64,000 nucleotides of DNA from an uncultured Fibrobacter sp. (GTDB taxonomy: Bacteria; Fibrobacterota; Fibrobacteria; Fibrobacterales; Fibrobacteraceae), in contig CAMNHR010000038.1 of assembly GCA_946539715.1 (NCBI GenBank), forward strand, positions 14,873 through 78,872, in the 5' to 3' direction. A model generated the notes under the pieces. It did not search any database and was not told the DNA's origin. It saw only the letters and a program-made list of their open reading frames with translations. The translations under genes were made by a program, and so were the position numbers. Below, piece after piece: positions 27,210 through 35,887 of this stretch. Each line of letters opens with the position of its first letter. The first letter of the stretch is position 1.

Positions 27210-29696
27210 ATGAAAAGATCCTTTTGGTCGGTAATGGCGACTTTCGCCTTGTTTTTTCTCGTATTCGGAACAAGTTCCTCCCTTGCCGCCTGGGATGGCA
27301 AGACATCTAAAAAACCGGAAACGGAAAAGATAGGCGGCAAGGAATATTTCCTCATCAAGAACGAGGCGAACCTGGCCTGGTTCAGGGATTCCGTGAACCA
27401 GGTGAAGGGGAATTCTACAATAAATGCCAAGTTGATGGCTTCGCTGGACATGGGTGGCAAGCTGTTTATGCCCATTGCAGCCGGTTCCGGAGACATAACT
27501 TTTGGTGGAGTTTTCGACGGTAACGGGTTTACCATTTCCAACTTGTACATTAACTCTGAAGAACTGGGAAAAATTCCAAGCGAATTTTGTCCCCAGAACA
27601 AGCCGCAATGCAATGCGCAGAATGTAGGGCTTGTAGGTGTCCTTTCTGGGAACGGTGTTGTCAAGAATCTGAATCTTGAGAATGTGAATATCATGGCCTC
27701 GACCAACAGGGGTGAATCTGGTGGAGAAGAAAACCCGGTTTCGGTCGGTCCTTTTGTGGGCTTTCAAAGAGGAGGCACTGTTGAAAGTTGCTTTGCGTCT
27801 GGAAGTATCCTTACCAGCGGCAAGGGAAACAGCATTGGTGGACTTGTAGGCAATACTTGGTCCGGAAAAATTGAGAATGGCCTGAGTACAGTTGATATTC
27901 GAGTTAGCGGCGATGAATCCTATGTAGGCGGGTTGACTGGCCTTGTGCGCAAATCGGGAACTGTCACCTTTGAATCCTGCGCATACGACGGAAGTATCAT
28001 CATCAATAGTGGAAACGGGATTGCTGGCGGTATTGTTGGCTTTTACGAAGAGGGAAACCTGACGGTTTCTAGAGTTTATTATGATACAGATGTCATTGAA
28101 AAAGGACTAGGGAAAATAAATGACACCTTGACAGTAGATGGCAAGATTAACGGCGTAAAGAATATCAATACCGCCAAGGTTTCTTGTGACCTGAATAAGG
28201 GGCAATGGACAGACGCCTGCTCTGGGACAGGGGTTTGGAGTGTTGGCCAGGCTCACATTTCCCTCAATGGGGTGACTTTGGATGACAACGGGAATATCGT
28301 CTACGAGGTGGTCTTTGATGCCAATGGAGGCGAATATGCAAAAGATGCCAAGTCTGCCAAGTTCCTTAAGGCTGGAGAACTTATTACTGCCGACGAAATT
28401 TCAACACCGACCCGTGGAGACACGGTCTTTGGTGGCTGGGCTTTGACACCTGATGCCAAGAAACCGGATGCGGATTTGGGTAGTGTGGTGTCTGCCACAA
28501 AGGTTTACGCCTACTGGAAAACCATGTTCACGATAATATTCAATGCCAATGGCGGAACATTCCCTGGAGAGGGAGCCCCGACTACCGTAACCAAGACGGT
28601 AGCCGAAGGTGAAGCTATCGATGTTGCGGGGCTGGAGTTGCCGACTACATACGGTTCTGGTGACGAGACCTTCTACTTTGCCGGCTGGGCCAAAACCGCC
28701 GATGCTACCGAGCAAGAAGACTTGGGTAAAGCAACGGCGACAACGACTTTCTATGCTGTCTGGACTAAGCAGGTCACATTCACCGTGGTATTCAACACGC
28801 AGAAGAGTTCCGGAACCACGGTCGCCTATGTGCGGGAAGGTGGCAAGGTTAGCAAACCGGCAAATCCGGAGGTCGAAGGTTACATATTCGGCGACTGGTA
28901 CGGGGATAAGGACTGCTCCGAATCCAAGAAATTCAATTTTGACGCAGAGATATCAGAAAGCGTTACTCTTTATGCCAAGTGGACTCCCGAAACCTACAAG
29001 ATTACTTATGACCTGGGTGATGGTGCCAAGAACAATAAGGATAATCCGGAATCTTACACCATAGAGTCGGCGACTATCGTGCTGAAGAAACCCACCCGTA
29101 CGGGCTATACTTTTGAGGGGTGGTACTACGACAAAAAGTTCACCAAGCCTGCAGCCCAGATTACCAACGGGACTACGGGTGACAAGTCACTGTTTGCCAA
29201 ATGGTCCGTGAAGACTTTTGCCATTGTCTATATGGCCGGTTCTTACGGGGCGGAGGTGGTGCCCTCGGATGTGAAACAGTACGATGTTCCTGTAAATTTG
29301 CGAGGCGCTTCTTACACTAGAGACGGATACCTTCAGGATGGTTGGTCTGATAAAAACGGAGGTCCCAAGATTTATGAATTGGACGCCATCTACAAGGAAA
29401 ATCGTGCCCTGACTCTTTACCCCTACTGGATCGAAGATCCGACCAATAAAAAAGATCCTTCTTCTGTAAAGGAAATTGCGTCTGTAGAGGGCTTCGGCTT
29501 TGGTGTTGTGGTCCAAAACCATGGACTGGAAATTACCAATGTGAAATCTGGCGCCATCGTGTCCGTGATGGATATGCAGGGACGCTTGGTTCAGAAAGGT
29601 GTCGCCGGTTCTACCGGGTTTAGGGTGACCGGTCTTGTTCCTGGGAATTACGTGGTGCGGGTAAACGGAGTGGTCCGCCAGGCCCGCATCCGTTAA
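27210..29696 (+). CDS. large secreted surface protein: GLUG-motif region, Listeria-Bacteroides (Flg_new) repeats and C-terminal sorting-type domain
   Basis: AAGGAGAG RBS; signal peptide; repeated GLVG/GGLVG segments; five repeats of type F.GW...(D/P), e.g. FGGWALTPD, FAGWAKTAD, FGDWYGDKD, FEGWYYDKK, LQDGWSDKN; CTD-like end. Confidence 0.75.
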   Translation: MKRSFWSVMATFALFFLVFGTSSSLAAWDGKTSKKPETEKIGGKEYFLIKNEANLAWFRDSVNQVKGNSTINAKLMASLDMGGKLFMPIAAGSGDITFGGVFDGNGFTISNLYINSEELGKIPSEFCPQNKPQCNAQNVGLVGVLSGNGVVKNLNLENVNIMASTNRGESGGEENPVSVGPFVGFQRGGTVESCFASGSILTSGKGNSIGGLVGNTWSGKIENGLSTVDIRVSGDESYVGGLTGLVRKSGTVTFESCAYDGSIIINSGNGIAGGIVGFYEEGNLTVSRVYYDTDVIEKGLGKINDTLTVDGKINGVKNINTAKVSCDLNKGQWTDACSGTGVWSVGQAHISLNGVTLDDNGNIVYEVVFDANGGEYAKDAKSAKFLKAGELITADEISTPTRGDTVFGGWALTPDAKKPDADLGSVVSATKVYAYWKTMFTIIFNANGGTFPGEGAPTTVTKTVAEGEAIDVAGLELPTTYGSGDETFYFAGWAKTADATEQEDLGKATATTTFYAVWTKQVTFTVVFNTQKSSGTTVAYVREGGKVSKPANPEVEGYIFGDWYGDKDCSESKKFNFDAEISESVTLYAKWTPETYKITYDLGDGAKNNKDNPESYTIESATIVLKKPTRTGYTFEGWYYDKKFTKPAAQITNGTTGDKSLFAKWSVKTFAIVYMAGSYGAEVVPSDVKQYDVPVNLRGASYTRDGYLQDGWSDKNGGPKIYELDAIYKENRALTLYPYWIEDPTNKKDPSSVKEIASVEGFGFGVVVQNHGLEITNVKSGAIVSVMDMQGRLVQKGVAGSTGFRVTGLVPGNYVVRVNGVVRQARIR

Positions 29697-30583
29697 AGCT
29701 TCTTGCGGCTCATCCAGCTGAGCACCAGGTTTTGCCAGATCACGTAGCAGGTGGGGGCGAGAGCTACCACCGGGCCGGCGTACAGCGTAGATATCCAGAT
29801 GACCAGGGTGGTGTTCTTTTGACCCATGCTCTGGGAACCTTCGATGGGCCTACGATTCCTTTCGCAGAACCAGCCAAGCCAGAACAGTAAAATGCAAAGC
29901 ACCAGCGAAATTCCCGCCATCCATGGGAGTTTTCCGCTGTTCCACAGATCCATAAATCCCATTTCGCGAATGTCGAAGCTCGCCTTGGCCAATATGACGA
30001 ACACGGAGAAGGTCCACACGAACATGGTGTACTTCTGGAACTTGGCCGCCCTGTCGGCAAGCTCCGGATAAAAGGCCCGAAGCCCAAGCGCAAAAGCTAG
30101 CGGAATACTGATGATGGGCTGTATGGTATTGAAGATTTTCCAGGCGATTTCAGAAAGGCTTGCGTCTGCTCCGGTCAGGTAGCCAAAAATTAGCGGGATG
30201 GAGAAGCAGGCGATCAGGTTGCCGCTCAGGAATATTTTCAGGGCCAGCGATGCCGAACCGCCCAGCATTTTCGCCATGGCGGGAGCTGCATTTGCGGGCG
30301 GGCACAGGGCGATGATGGCCCCTCCCAAGAGAACTTCCCGCGGGAGGTTGAACGCTGTAACGATGGTCCATAAGATTCCGATGAGAATCAAGCTTGCCAC
30401 GAAGGCGCGAATCTCAATCTTGAAGGTGTATCCGTGGGTCTGGGGCGGAATCTTGGTCACGAAGGTGAGGAACATCATGGTGCCGATCAAAAACGGCATC
30501 AGGGGGGATAGTATGTGGGCTTGCGGGAAAAGAATTCCGAGCAAAATAGCCACAGGCATCAAGATAGCGCGTAAATTTTTCAT
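29693..30583 (-). CDS. polytopic membrane transporter, bile-acid:Na+ symporter (BASS)-like
   Basis: About 9-10 TM helices; ALCPPANAAPAMAKMLGGSASLA resembles the BASS signature region; 4-nt overlap with the upstream GT2 gene. Confidence 0.5.
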   Translation of the reverse strand: MKNLRAILMPVAILLGILFPQAHILSPLMPFLIGTMMFLTFVTKIPPQTHGYTFKIEIRAFVASLILIGILWTIVTAFNLPREVLLGGAIIALCPPANAAPAMAKMLGGSASLALKIFLSGNLIACFSIPLIFGYLTGADASLSEIAWKIFNTIQPIISIPLAFALGLRAFYPELADRAAKFQKYTMFVWTFSVFVILAKASFDIREMGFMDLWNSGKLPWMAGISLVLCILLFWLGWFCERNRRPIEGSQSMGQKNTTLVIWISTLYAGPVVALAPTCYVIWQNLVLSWMSRKKL

Positions 30584-31734
30584 TCTTCGTCACTACGGGC
30601 TTCGCGGGCCCAACCACCGGATTTTTCCTTGCCGAACGAAAGGAAGAATCCCTTGAGCATAGCCATGTTCATAGACAAGAAGTAGTAAGCTCCAGGGATA
30701 ATCTTGAATAGGCCTGCCAGCAAGAACGCAATCAGGATTCCAAGAGAAATCCGGTAAGGAGTGTAATACCATGCCAGGGGAATGTTCACAAGGAGCAGCA
30801 AAATCATGATATGGGGAGAAAACCAGCGAAGGACCTTGTGGGACAAGAACAGGTAGCAGCGCAGAGGCCTTAATGGATTAAGCAGCGGAAGGTAAGAAAG
30901 CATGTAGTTGAAGTTGGCGCGGCCGATGCGGACTTTGCGCCGGAATTCGCCGGAGGTTTCTTTGGAGGTTTGCTCTGCACCGATGGCGCTGGCGATGAAT
31001 GTGCAGTAATAGCCCTTTTGCAATATTTTCGTTGTGACGAAAAAGTCGTCCATTATGCTCTTCTTGGTAGGCAGGTCCGTATACAGTTCCTTGCGGATGG
31101 CGTAAAGAGCTCCATTTCCACCGATGAGCAAGTCCATCATGCCCTCGAATTTCTTGATTTCGGATTCCAGATCCCAGTAGGCACTTTCGCCACGACCCAG
31201 TTCAGAGCCGCTCTTGTCGGTGAGAATCAGGTGCCCGCAGGCGCATCCAATTTTCTTGTCCTTGAAGGGGTCTGTAAGCTTGCGCACCACGTTTGGGAAC
31301 AGCATGGTGTTGGCATCGCAGAAAAGAAGGATTTCGCCAGAGGCTTCTTTTTGTAGCCTGTTCAGCATGGCAGCCTTGCCTGCGTTTTGGGGAGCCTTGA
31401 CGAGGGTGATGCCCTGGTCTTTGTATCGCTCTACGATTTCTGCTGTCTTGTCGGCGGAACCGTCGTCACCAATAAGGATTTGCAGTTTTTCTTTGGGGTA
31501 GTCCAGTTCCAGCAGGTTTTGGATTTTACGCTCAATAACGGCTTCTTCGTTGTAGGCGGAAATCAAGATGGAAACGGTGGGTAAACTCTCGCTATGGTCT
31601 TCGCCTCGTCCCTTCCTCTTAAAAATTTCACTGATGAATGGCAATGTGATGGGAAATAGTACGTAGCAGTGGATAAAAAGGAGCAGTAGAACCCAAAAAG
31701 CTATCTGCAAGTAGAAAAGAATCTGCTCGTTCAT
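30580..31734 (-). CDS. family-2 glycosyltransferase, membrane-integrated (processive synthase-like)
   Basis: VSILISAYNEE, DDGSADKT and CDANT motifs; N-terminal and C-terminal TM helices. Confidence 0.8.
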   Translation of the reverse strand: MNEQILFYLQIAFWVLLLLFIHCYVLFPITLPFISEIFKRKGRGEDHSESLPTVSILISAYNEEAVIERKIQNLLELDYPKEKLQILIGDDGSADKTAEIVERYKDQGITLVKAPQNAGKAAMLNRLQKEASGEILLFCDANTMLFPNVVRKLTDPFKDKKIGCACGHLILTDKSGSELGRGESAYWDLESEIKKFEGMMDLLIGGNGALYAIRKELYTDLPTKKSIMDDFFVTTKILQKGYYCTFIASAIGAEQTSKETSGEFRRKVRIGRANFNYMLSYLPLLNPLRPLRCYLFLSHKVLRWFSPHIMILLLLVNIPLAWYYTPYRISLGILIAFLLAGLFKIIPGAYYFLSMNMAMLKGFFLSFGKEKSGGWAREARSDEE

Positions 31735-32228
31735 CGTTCAATCCACTCTTTTTCTTTTTCCAGGAACTTGTCCAGCAACATCTGCATTTCTTGGGGCGAC
31801 ATGGAGTCTGCCACAGTCAATATAGAAAGTCCCTTGGGGGCAATCAGAACAAAAGAGGGGAGAACGTTCAGTTCCCACACTTCGGAGAAGCATTTTTTTG
31901 CGGTGGCCTTTTTCCCGTCGCAGACAATGGGCGATTCGGAATCCACGTCCAGCTTGACGGGATAGAATTTCTTGTTCAGAATGGAGGCTACCGTGGGGTT
32001 CATATAGACATTTTTGTCCATCACCCGGCAGGGAATGCACCAGTCGGCGTACATGTCCACGAAAATAAGCTTGGGTTCGGTCTTTGCCTTTTCAAGAGCG
32101 GTACTGTAATCCATCCACTGGACTAGGGATTGGGGGATAACCGGAGCCTTTCCGGAGTTTGGCGCTGCAAAAACGACGCCCGAAAAAAAGACGACATAAA
32201 AAATGATACCGGCAAGGTGGCGAAACAT
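31731..32228 (-). CDS. secreted thioredoxin-fold protein
   Basis: Signal peptide; WCIPC redox motif. Confidence 0.75.
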   Translation of the reverse strand: MFRHLAGIIFYVVFFSGVVFAAPNSGKAPVIPQSLVQWMDYSTALEKAKTEPKLIFVDMYADWCIPCRVMDKNVYMNPTVASILNKKFYPVKLDVDSESPIVCDGKKATAKKCFSEVWELNVLPSFVLIAPKGLSILTVADSMSPQEMQMLLDKFLEKEKEWIER

Positions 32229-32231
32229 GGG

Positions 32232-32618
32232 CTAGTCCTCCCCCCGCTTGCGCGCCGGTACTGTCTTGTTCTGCTCGATTAGCGTGTCCAGTCGGTCAAT
32301 GACCGCCTTTTGGAACGGTACCCACATGTCCCTGTCGTCGAGGATGGCATTCGCCTTCGTGAGGAATAGATCCCTGCTGTAGCCTGCCGAATCCAGGATT
32401 ACCTTGCGCTTGATTCGGGCTGTGGGGGAATCCTTGCCGTACATCTGTTCGACAATCAGCAGTTCGGTGTAGGTGTTCACGAATTTCTGGTCAACCGAAG
32501 GGGCTTTCTTGTCACAGCCCATCTGCAGGCACAACAAGACCGTAAGTCCAAGAATCATCAAGAAGCGCCCGGCGACGTTTTTTAAACTCTTGATAATTCG
32601 TGGTTGAATGTCGGTCAT
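32232..32618 (-). CDS. hypothetical lipoprotein
   Basis: ATG at 32618 gives MTDIQ...LLCLQMGC lipobox. The upstream part of the track ORF (to 33032) overlaps ftsY out of frame. Confidence 0.6.
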   Translation of the reverse strand: MTDIQPRIIKSLKNVAGRFLMILGLTVLLCLQMGCDKKAPSVDQKFVNTYTELLIVEQMYGKDSPTARIKRKVILDSAGYSRDLFLTKANAILDDRDMWVPFQKAVIDRLDTLIEQNKTVPARKRGED

Positions 32619-32626
32619 GACGGTTT

Positions 32627-33547
32627 TCAGGTTTCGCTTTCCAGGGCGTTTTCGAAAAGGCCTTCTACATATTCGGCCTTGCTGAAAGGCACCAGCTGGT
32701 CGATGCGTTCGCCCATGCCAATCCAGCGGATGGGAATCTGCAGGGAACTTGCGATGGAAAGCACCGCTCCACCGCGGGCCGTGCCATCCAGCTTGGTGAC
32801 CACCAGGCCCGTAAGGGGGAAACTCTGGTTGAAAATCTTGGTCTGGTTGATGGTGTTCTGACCGGTGTTGCCGTCGATGACCAGCCACATGTCGTGAGGC
32901 ATGTCGGGGTTCACCTTCTTGATGACGCGGACTATCTTCTTGAGTTCTTCCATCAGGTAGTCCTTGTTGTGCAGACGGCCTGCGGTATCGATGAGCACCA
33001 CGTCGCAGCCGCGGGCCACAGCCGCATTGCAAGCATCAAACGCCACTGCTGCAGGGTCGGATCCTTCTTGATGTTTTACGAATTCGGCTCCGGAGCGTTC
33101 GGCCCAGGTTTCCAGCTGGTCGATGGCCGCCGCACGGAAGGTGTCGCAGGCGGCAATCATCACCTTCTTGCCTTCGTCCTTGAGGCGGGCGGCCAGTTTC
33201 CCGATGGTGGTGGTCTTGCCGGCACCGTTTACACCGATGACCAGCACCACATGGGGCTTGCCCTTGAGTTCAAACGGGGGAGGGTCTTTCAAGAGGCGCT
33301 CCGCCTCGCTCCGCATAATGTCAAGAACTTGCTCTGTGGTCAGTGACTTGCCGAGAGCCTGCTCGCGCAAGGCGTCAGTCAACAGGAATGCGGCTTCGAC
33401 GCCCACGTCGGCCTTGATGAGGTGTTCCTCCAGCTCTTCCAGGGTTTCGTCGGTAATTTTGCCGGCGCCTACAATGCCCTTGAGCTCGCCCATGAGGGCG
33501 TCACGGGTCTTGGCAAGGCCGCTCTTGATGGCAGAAAAAAGTCCCAT
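32627..33547 (-). CDS. ftsY: signal recognition particle receptor (NG domain only)
   Basis: GVNGAGKTTTIGKLA, DTAGR and TKLDGTARGG motifs. Confidence 0.9.
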   Translation of the reverse strand: MGLFSAIKSGLAKTRDALMGELKGIVGAGKITDETLEELEEHLIKADVGVEAAFLLTDALREQALGKSLTTEQVLDIMRSEAERLLKDPPPFELKGKPHVVLVIGVNGAGKTTTIGKLAARLKDEGKKVMIAACDTFRAAAIDQLETWAERSGAEFVKHQEGSDPAAVAFDACNAAVARGCDVVLIDTAGRLHNKDYLMEELKKIVRVIKKVNPDMPHDMWLVIDGNTGQNTINQTKIFNQSFPLTGLVVTKLDGTARGGAVLSIASSLQIPIRWIGMGERIDQLVPFSKAEYVEGLFENALESET

Positions 33548-34128
33548 TATACCAGGCTCTCGACCTTATCGACCAGACCGTAGGCCTTGGCCTCTTCGGC
33601 GCTCATGAAGTTGTCGCGTTCGGTGTCCTTGTCGATTTCTTCGATGCTATGGCCCGAAGTTTCGGCAAGAATCTTGCCCGTGATGTTACGGATGCGGAGC
33701 ATTTCTTCGGCCTGGATCTGGATATCGCTGGCGGGCGCCACGATTTCGCCGTGAATCAGGGGCTGGTGGATCATGATACGGGCGTTGGGCCAGGCGTAGC
33801 GCTTGCCTTTGGCACCGGAGGTGAGGAGGACAGCCCCCATGGAGGCTGCCTGCCCGCAACAGACGGTGACCACGTCGCTCTTGATGGCGTTCATGCAGTC
33901 GTAAATGGCAAGACCGCTAGAGATCACTCCGCCCGGGCTGTTGATAAAGAACACGATGTCTTCGTGGTTCAGGGAATCCAGGTACAGGAGCTGCTTGACA
34001 ATGCGTTCGGCGCTTTCGTCATCCACTCCGCCCCACAAAAAAATCCTGCGCTTGGAGGCGAGGAACTCCTCGGCCTTTTTCATCATTTCGGGTGTCTGGT
34101 TTTCTTTCTTTTCGCTACAATCGGCCAT
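33547..34128 (-). CDS. clpP: ATP-dependent Clp protease proteolytic subunit
   Basis: INSPGGVISSGLAIYD, GQAASMGAVLL (Ser) and IMIHQP (His) motifs. Confidence 0.9.
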   Translation of the reverse strand: MADCSEKKENQTPEMMKKAEEFLASKRRIFLWGGVDDESAERIVKQLLYLDSLNHEDIVFFINSPGGVISSGLAIYDCMNAIKSDVVTVCCGQAASMGAVLLTSGAKGKRYAWPNARIMIHQPLIHGEIVAPASDIQIQAEEMLRIRNITGKILAETSGHSIEEIDKDTERDNFMSAEEAKAYGLVDKVESLV

Positions 34129-34223
34129 AATGAATCCTTTTTGTTCAAGTATAATTTAGAAATTATTCAACACTGAATTATCGACATTTCCTTGCAAAAT
34201 GTAAAGATTCCTATATTTGGCCC

Positions 34224-34988
34224 ATGCCCGCGTGCAACGATAAAATTTTGGTAGGCCTTGTCAGTCCCGAAGTCCTCTCCGCCATAGAGTCGGACTCCAT
34301 GCACCCCGTGTTTCTGGACCTACAGGCCTGTTCGGCGCTAGAAATCCGGTATGACTTTTTCGAAGAGTCCCTCTGGCCCTCCCTTTCGGCGCGGGTCCGG
34401 AAGGTAGCGCCCCACGCCATGCAGATAGGCACCATACGCCTTAAGCGGGATGGCGGGGTCTTTCAGGATTCCCGTGCCGGAGACCGCCTGCCCCTGTGGA
34501 AAAACATTCTGGAAGCGGAGCAGGTGCCGGGCTGGCTGGACCTGGAGCAGGACTGCCTCTACGACTACGAAAAGCTGTCCGCCCTGGCCGACCGTCGGAA
34601 TGTAAAAATCCTTATCTCTCAGCACAATTTTTCCCGCACACCTACGGACATGGAACTGCGGGATTACGCCCGAGACGTTTCCCGCCTAGGGGCCGAAGGT
34701 CTGAAAATTGCCGCCATGTGCAATTCCGAAGAGGACTGTGACCGTCTGTACAGGTTCACGCAGAAATTTTCTGGCGACTTTGAACTTTTTGCCGCCTTCG
34801 GCATGGGGGATCTCGGTCGGGTAAGCCGAATCTGGTCCCTGAAAGAGGGGGCGAACCTGACCTATGGGGCCATAGGCCATGTGGCAGCCCCCGGCCAAAT
34901 TCAGGTGCCGGTGATGGCGGAGGCCCTCGAAAAACTGTCGGATTTCCATTCCAAATTCGAAATTTCCGCGTTTTTGAACGAAAAATGA
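34224..34988 (+). CDS. aroD: type I 3-dehydroquinate dehydratase
   Basis: LEIRYDFF, ILISQHNFSRTP and GLKIAAM (catalytic Lys region) motifs; about 250 aa. Confidence 0.65.
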   Translation: MPACNDKILVGLVSPEVLSAIESDSMHPVFLDLQACSALEIRYDFFEESLWPSLSARVRKVAPHAMQIGTIRLKRDGGVFQDSRAGDRLPLWKNILEAEQVPGWLDLEQDCLYDYEKLSALADRRNVKILISQHNFSRTPTDMELRDYARDVSRLGAEGLKIAAMCNSEEDCDRLYRFTQKFSGDFELFAAFGMGDLGRVSRIWSLKEGANLTYGAIGHVAAPGQIQVPVMAEALEKLSDFHSKFEISAFLNEK

Positions 34989-35072
34989 CGGTTTTCCTTT
35001 TTTTATCCTTATTTTTTGGCAAACGGGCCTTAAATTTTCTAAATATCTATCTTGTATATAGAGGATAACGAT

Positions 35073-35537
35073 ATGCGTCTTTCTGAACGGTTTGTAGATA
35101 ATTGCATTTTGATCAATTCTCCTTGCGAAACCAAGGAGGCCATTCTGAACGAACTGGTGGATACACTTTGCAGCGCCTATAAGCTGGAACATCGCGACGA
35201 AATTTTTGAGGCCGTCTGGAACCGCGAAAAGACCCGTTCCACCGGTATCGGTTGCGGCCTGGCCGTGCCCCACGCCAAGATCGACTACGTGGACCGCATG
35301 TGCATGGTGGCCGCCACAGTCGAAAAGGGGCTGGATTTCGAGTCCTTTGACGGCGAACCCGTTTACCTGCTGATTCTCATCGTAAGCCCCGGAAACACCG
35401 TCGGACCGCACCTGAAGGCCCTGTCTTCGGTGAGCCGCCTCTTGGCCGACGGCAACGTGCGCAAGGAGCTGATTGCCGCCAAGACCCCGGCGGAGTTCCT
35501 GACCATCCTCAAGGGCGCCGAGGATAAGTATTTGTAG
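35073..35537 (+). CDS. ptsN: PTS EIIA(Ntr/Fru)-type protein
   Basis: EKTRSTGIGCGLAVPHAK phosphorylation-site motif; GAGGA RBS before the ATG at 35073. Confidence 0.75.
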   Translation: MRLSERFVDNCILINSPCETKEAILNELVDTLCSAYKLEHRDEIFEAVWNREKTRSTGIGCGLAVPHAKIDYVDRMCMVAATVEKGLDFESFDGEPVYLLILIVSPGNTVGPHLKALSSVSRLLADGNVRKELIAAKTPAEFLTILKGAEDKYL

Positions 35538-35553
35538 GCGGCCCTGAGGGCCG

Positions 35554-35669
35554 GGTATTAGGTGGTAGGTTATAGGTATTAGGGCCGAAGGGGGCAAGGT
35601 GTGTCTTGAAGGGACCAGATATTTTAAGTCCGTCGCACCTAAAACCTAACCCCTACAACCTATTACCTG
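35554..35669. repeat. heptamer-array inverted repeat (GGTATTA GGTGGTA GGTTATA GGTATTA GGG ... CACCTAA AACCTAA CCCCTAC AACCTAT TACCTG)
   Basis: Arms at 35554-35584 and 35636-35669 around a 51-nt centre; between ptsN and tRNA-Val. Confidence 0.85.
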
Positions 35670-35723
35670 TATCATCTTCCCCTTGACAACCTCCTATCCC
35701 TTTTATATATTTGCACCCACCTC

Positions 35724-35798
35724 GGACGGTTAGCTCAGTTGGTTTAGAGCGCTGCTTTCACACGGCAGAGGTCACTGGTTCAAATCCAGTACCGTCCA
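35724..35798 (+). tRNA. tRNA-Val (anticodon CAC)
   Basis: Cloverleaf folded by hand: acceptor GGACGGT/ACCGTCC, D arm GCTC..GAGC, anticodon arm CTGCT-TTCACAC-GGCAG, T arm ACTGG-TTCAAAT-CCAGT, discriminator A. A TATATTTG box lies 12 nt upstream. Confidence 0.9.
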
Positions 35799-35807
35799 CT
35801 CGAAAGG

Positions 35808-35836
35808 TCCTGCTTCGGCGGGGCTTTTTTGTTTTT
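35808..35836 (+). terminator. intrinsic terminator after tRNA-Val
   Basis: CCTGCttcgGCGGG hairpin followed by GCTTTTTTGTTTTT. Confidence 0.7.
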
Positions 35837-35887
35837 GCCCGGGGCGTTTTAGACCACGGGACAACCGTTGGGTGCAAGAGGCGTCGC

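Noticed and set aside
32619-33032. Upstream part of ORF 32232..33032, overlapping ftsY
   Set aside because: It is out of frame with the strongly supported ftsY and its product is Arg/His/Pro-rich. Only the distal 128 codons, starting at the lipobox-containing MTDIQ..., look real.
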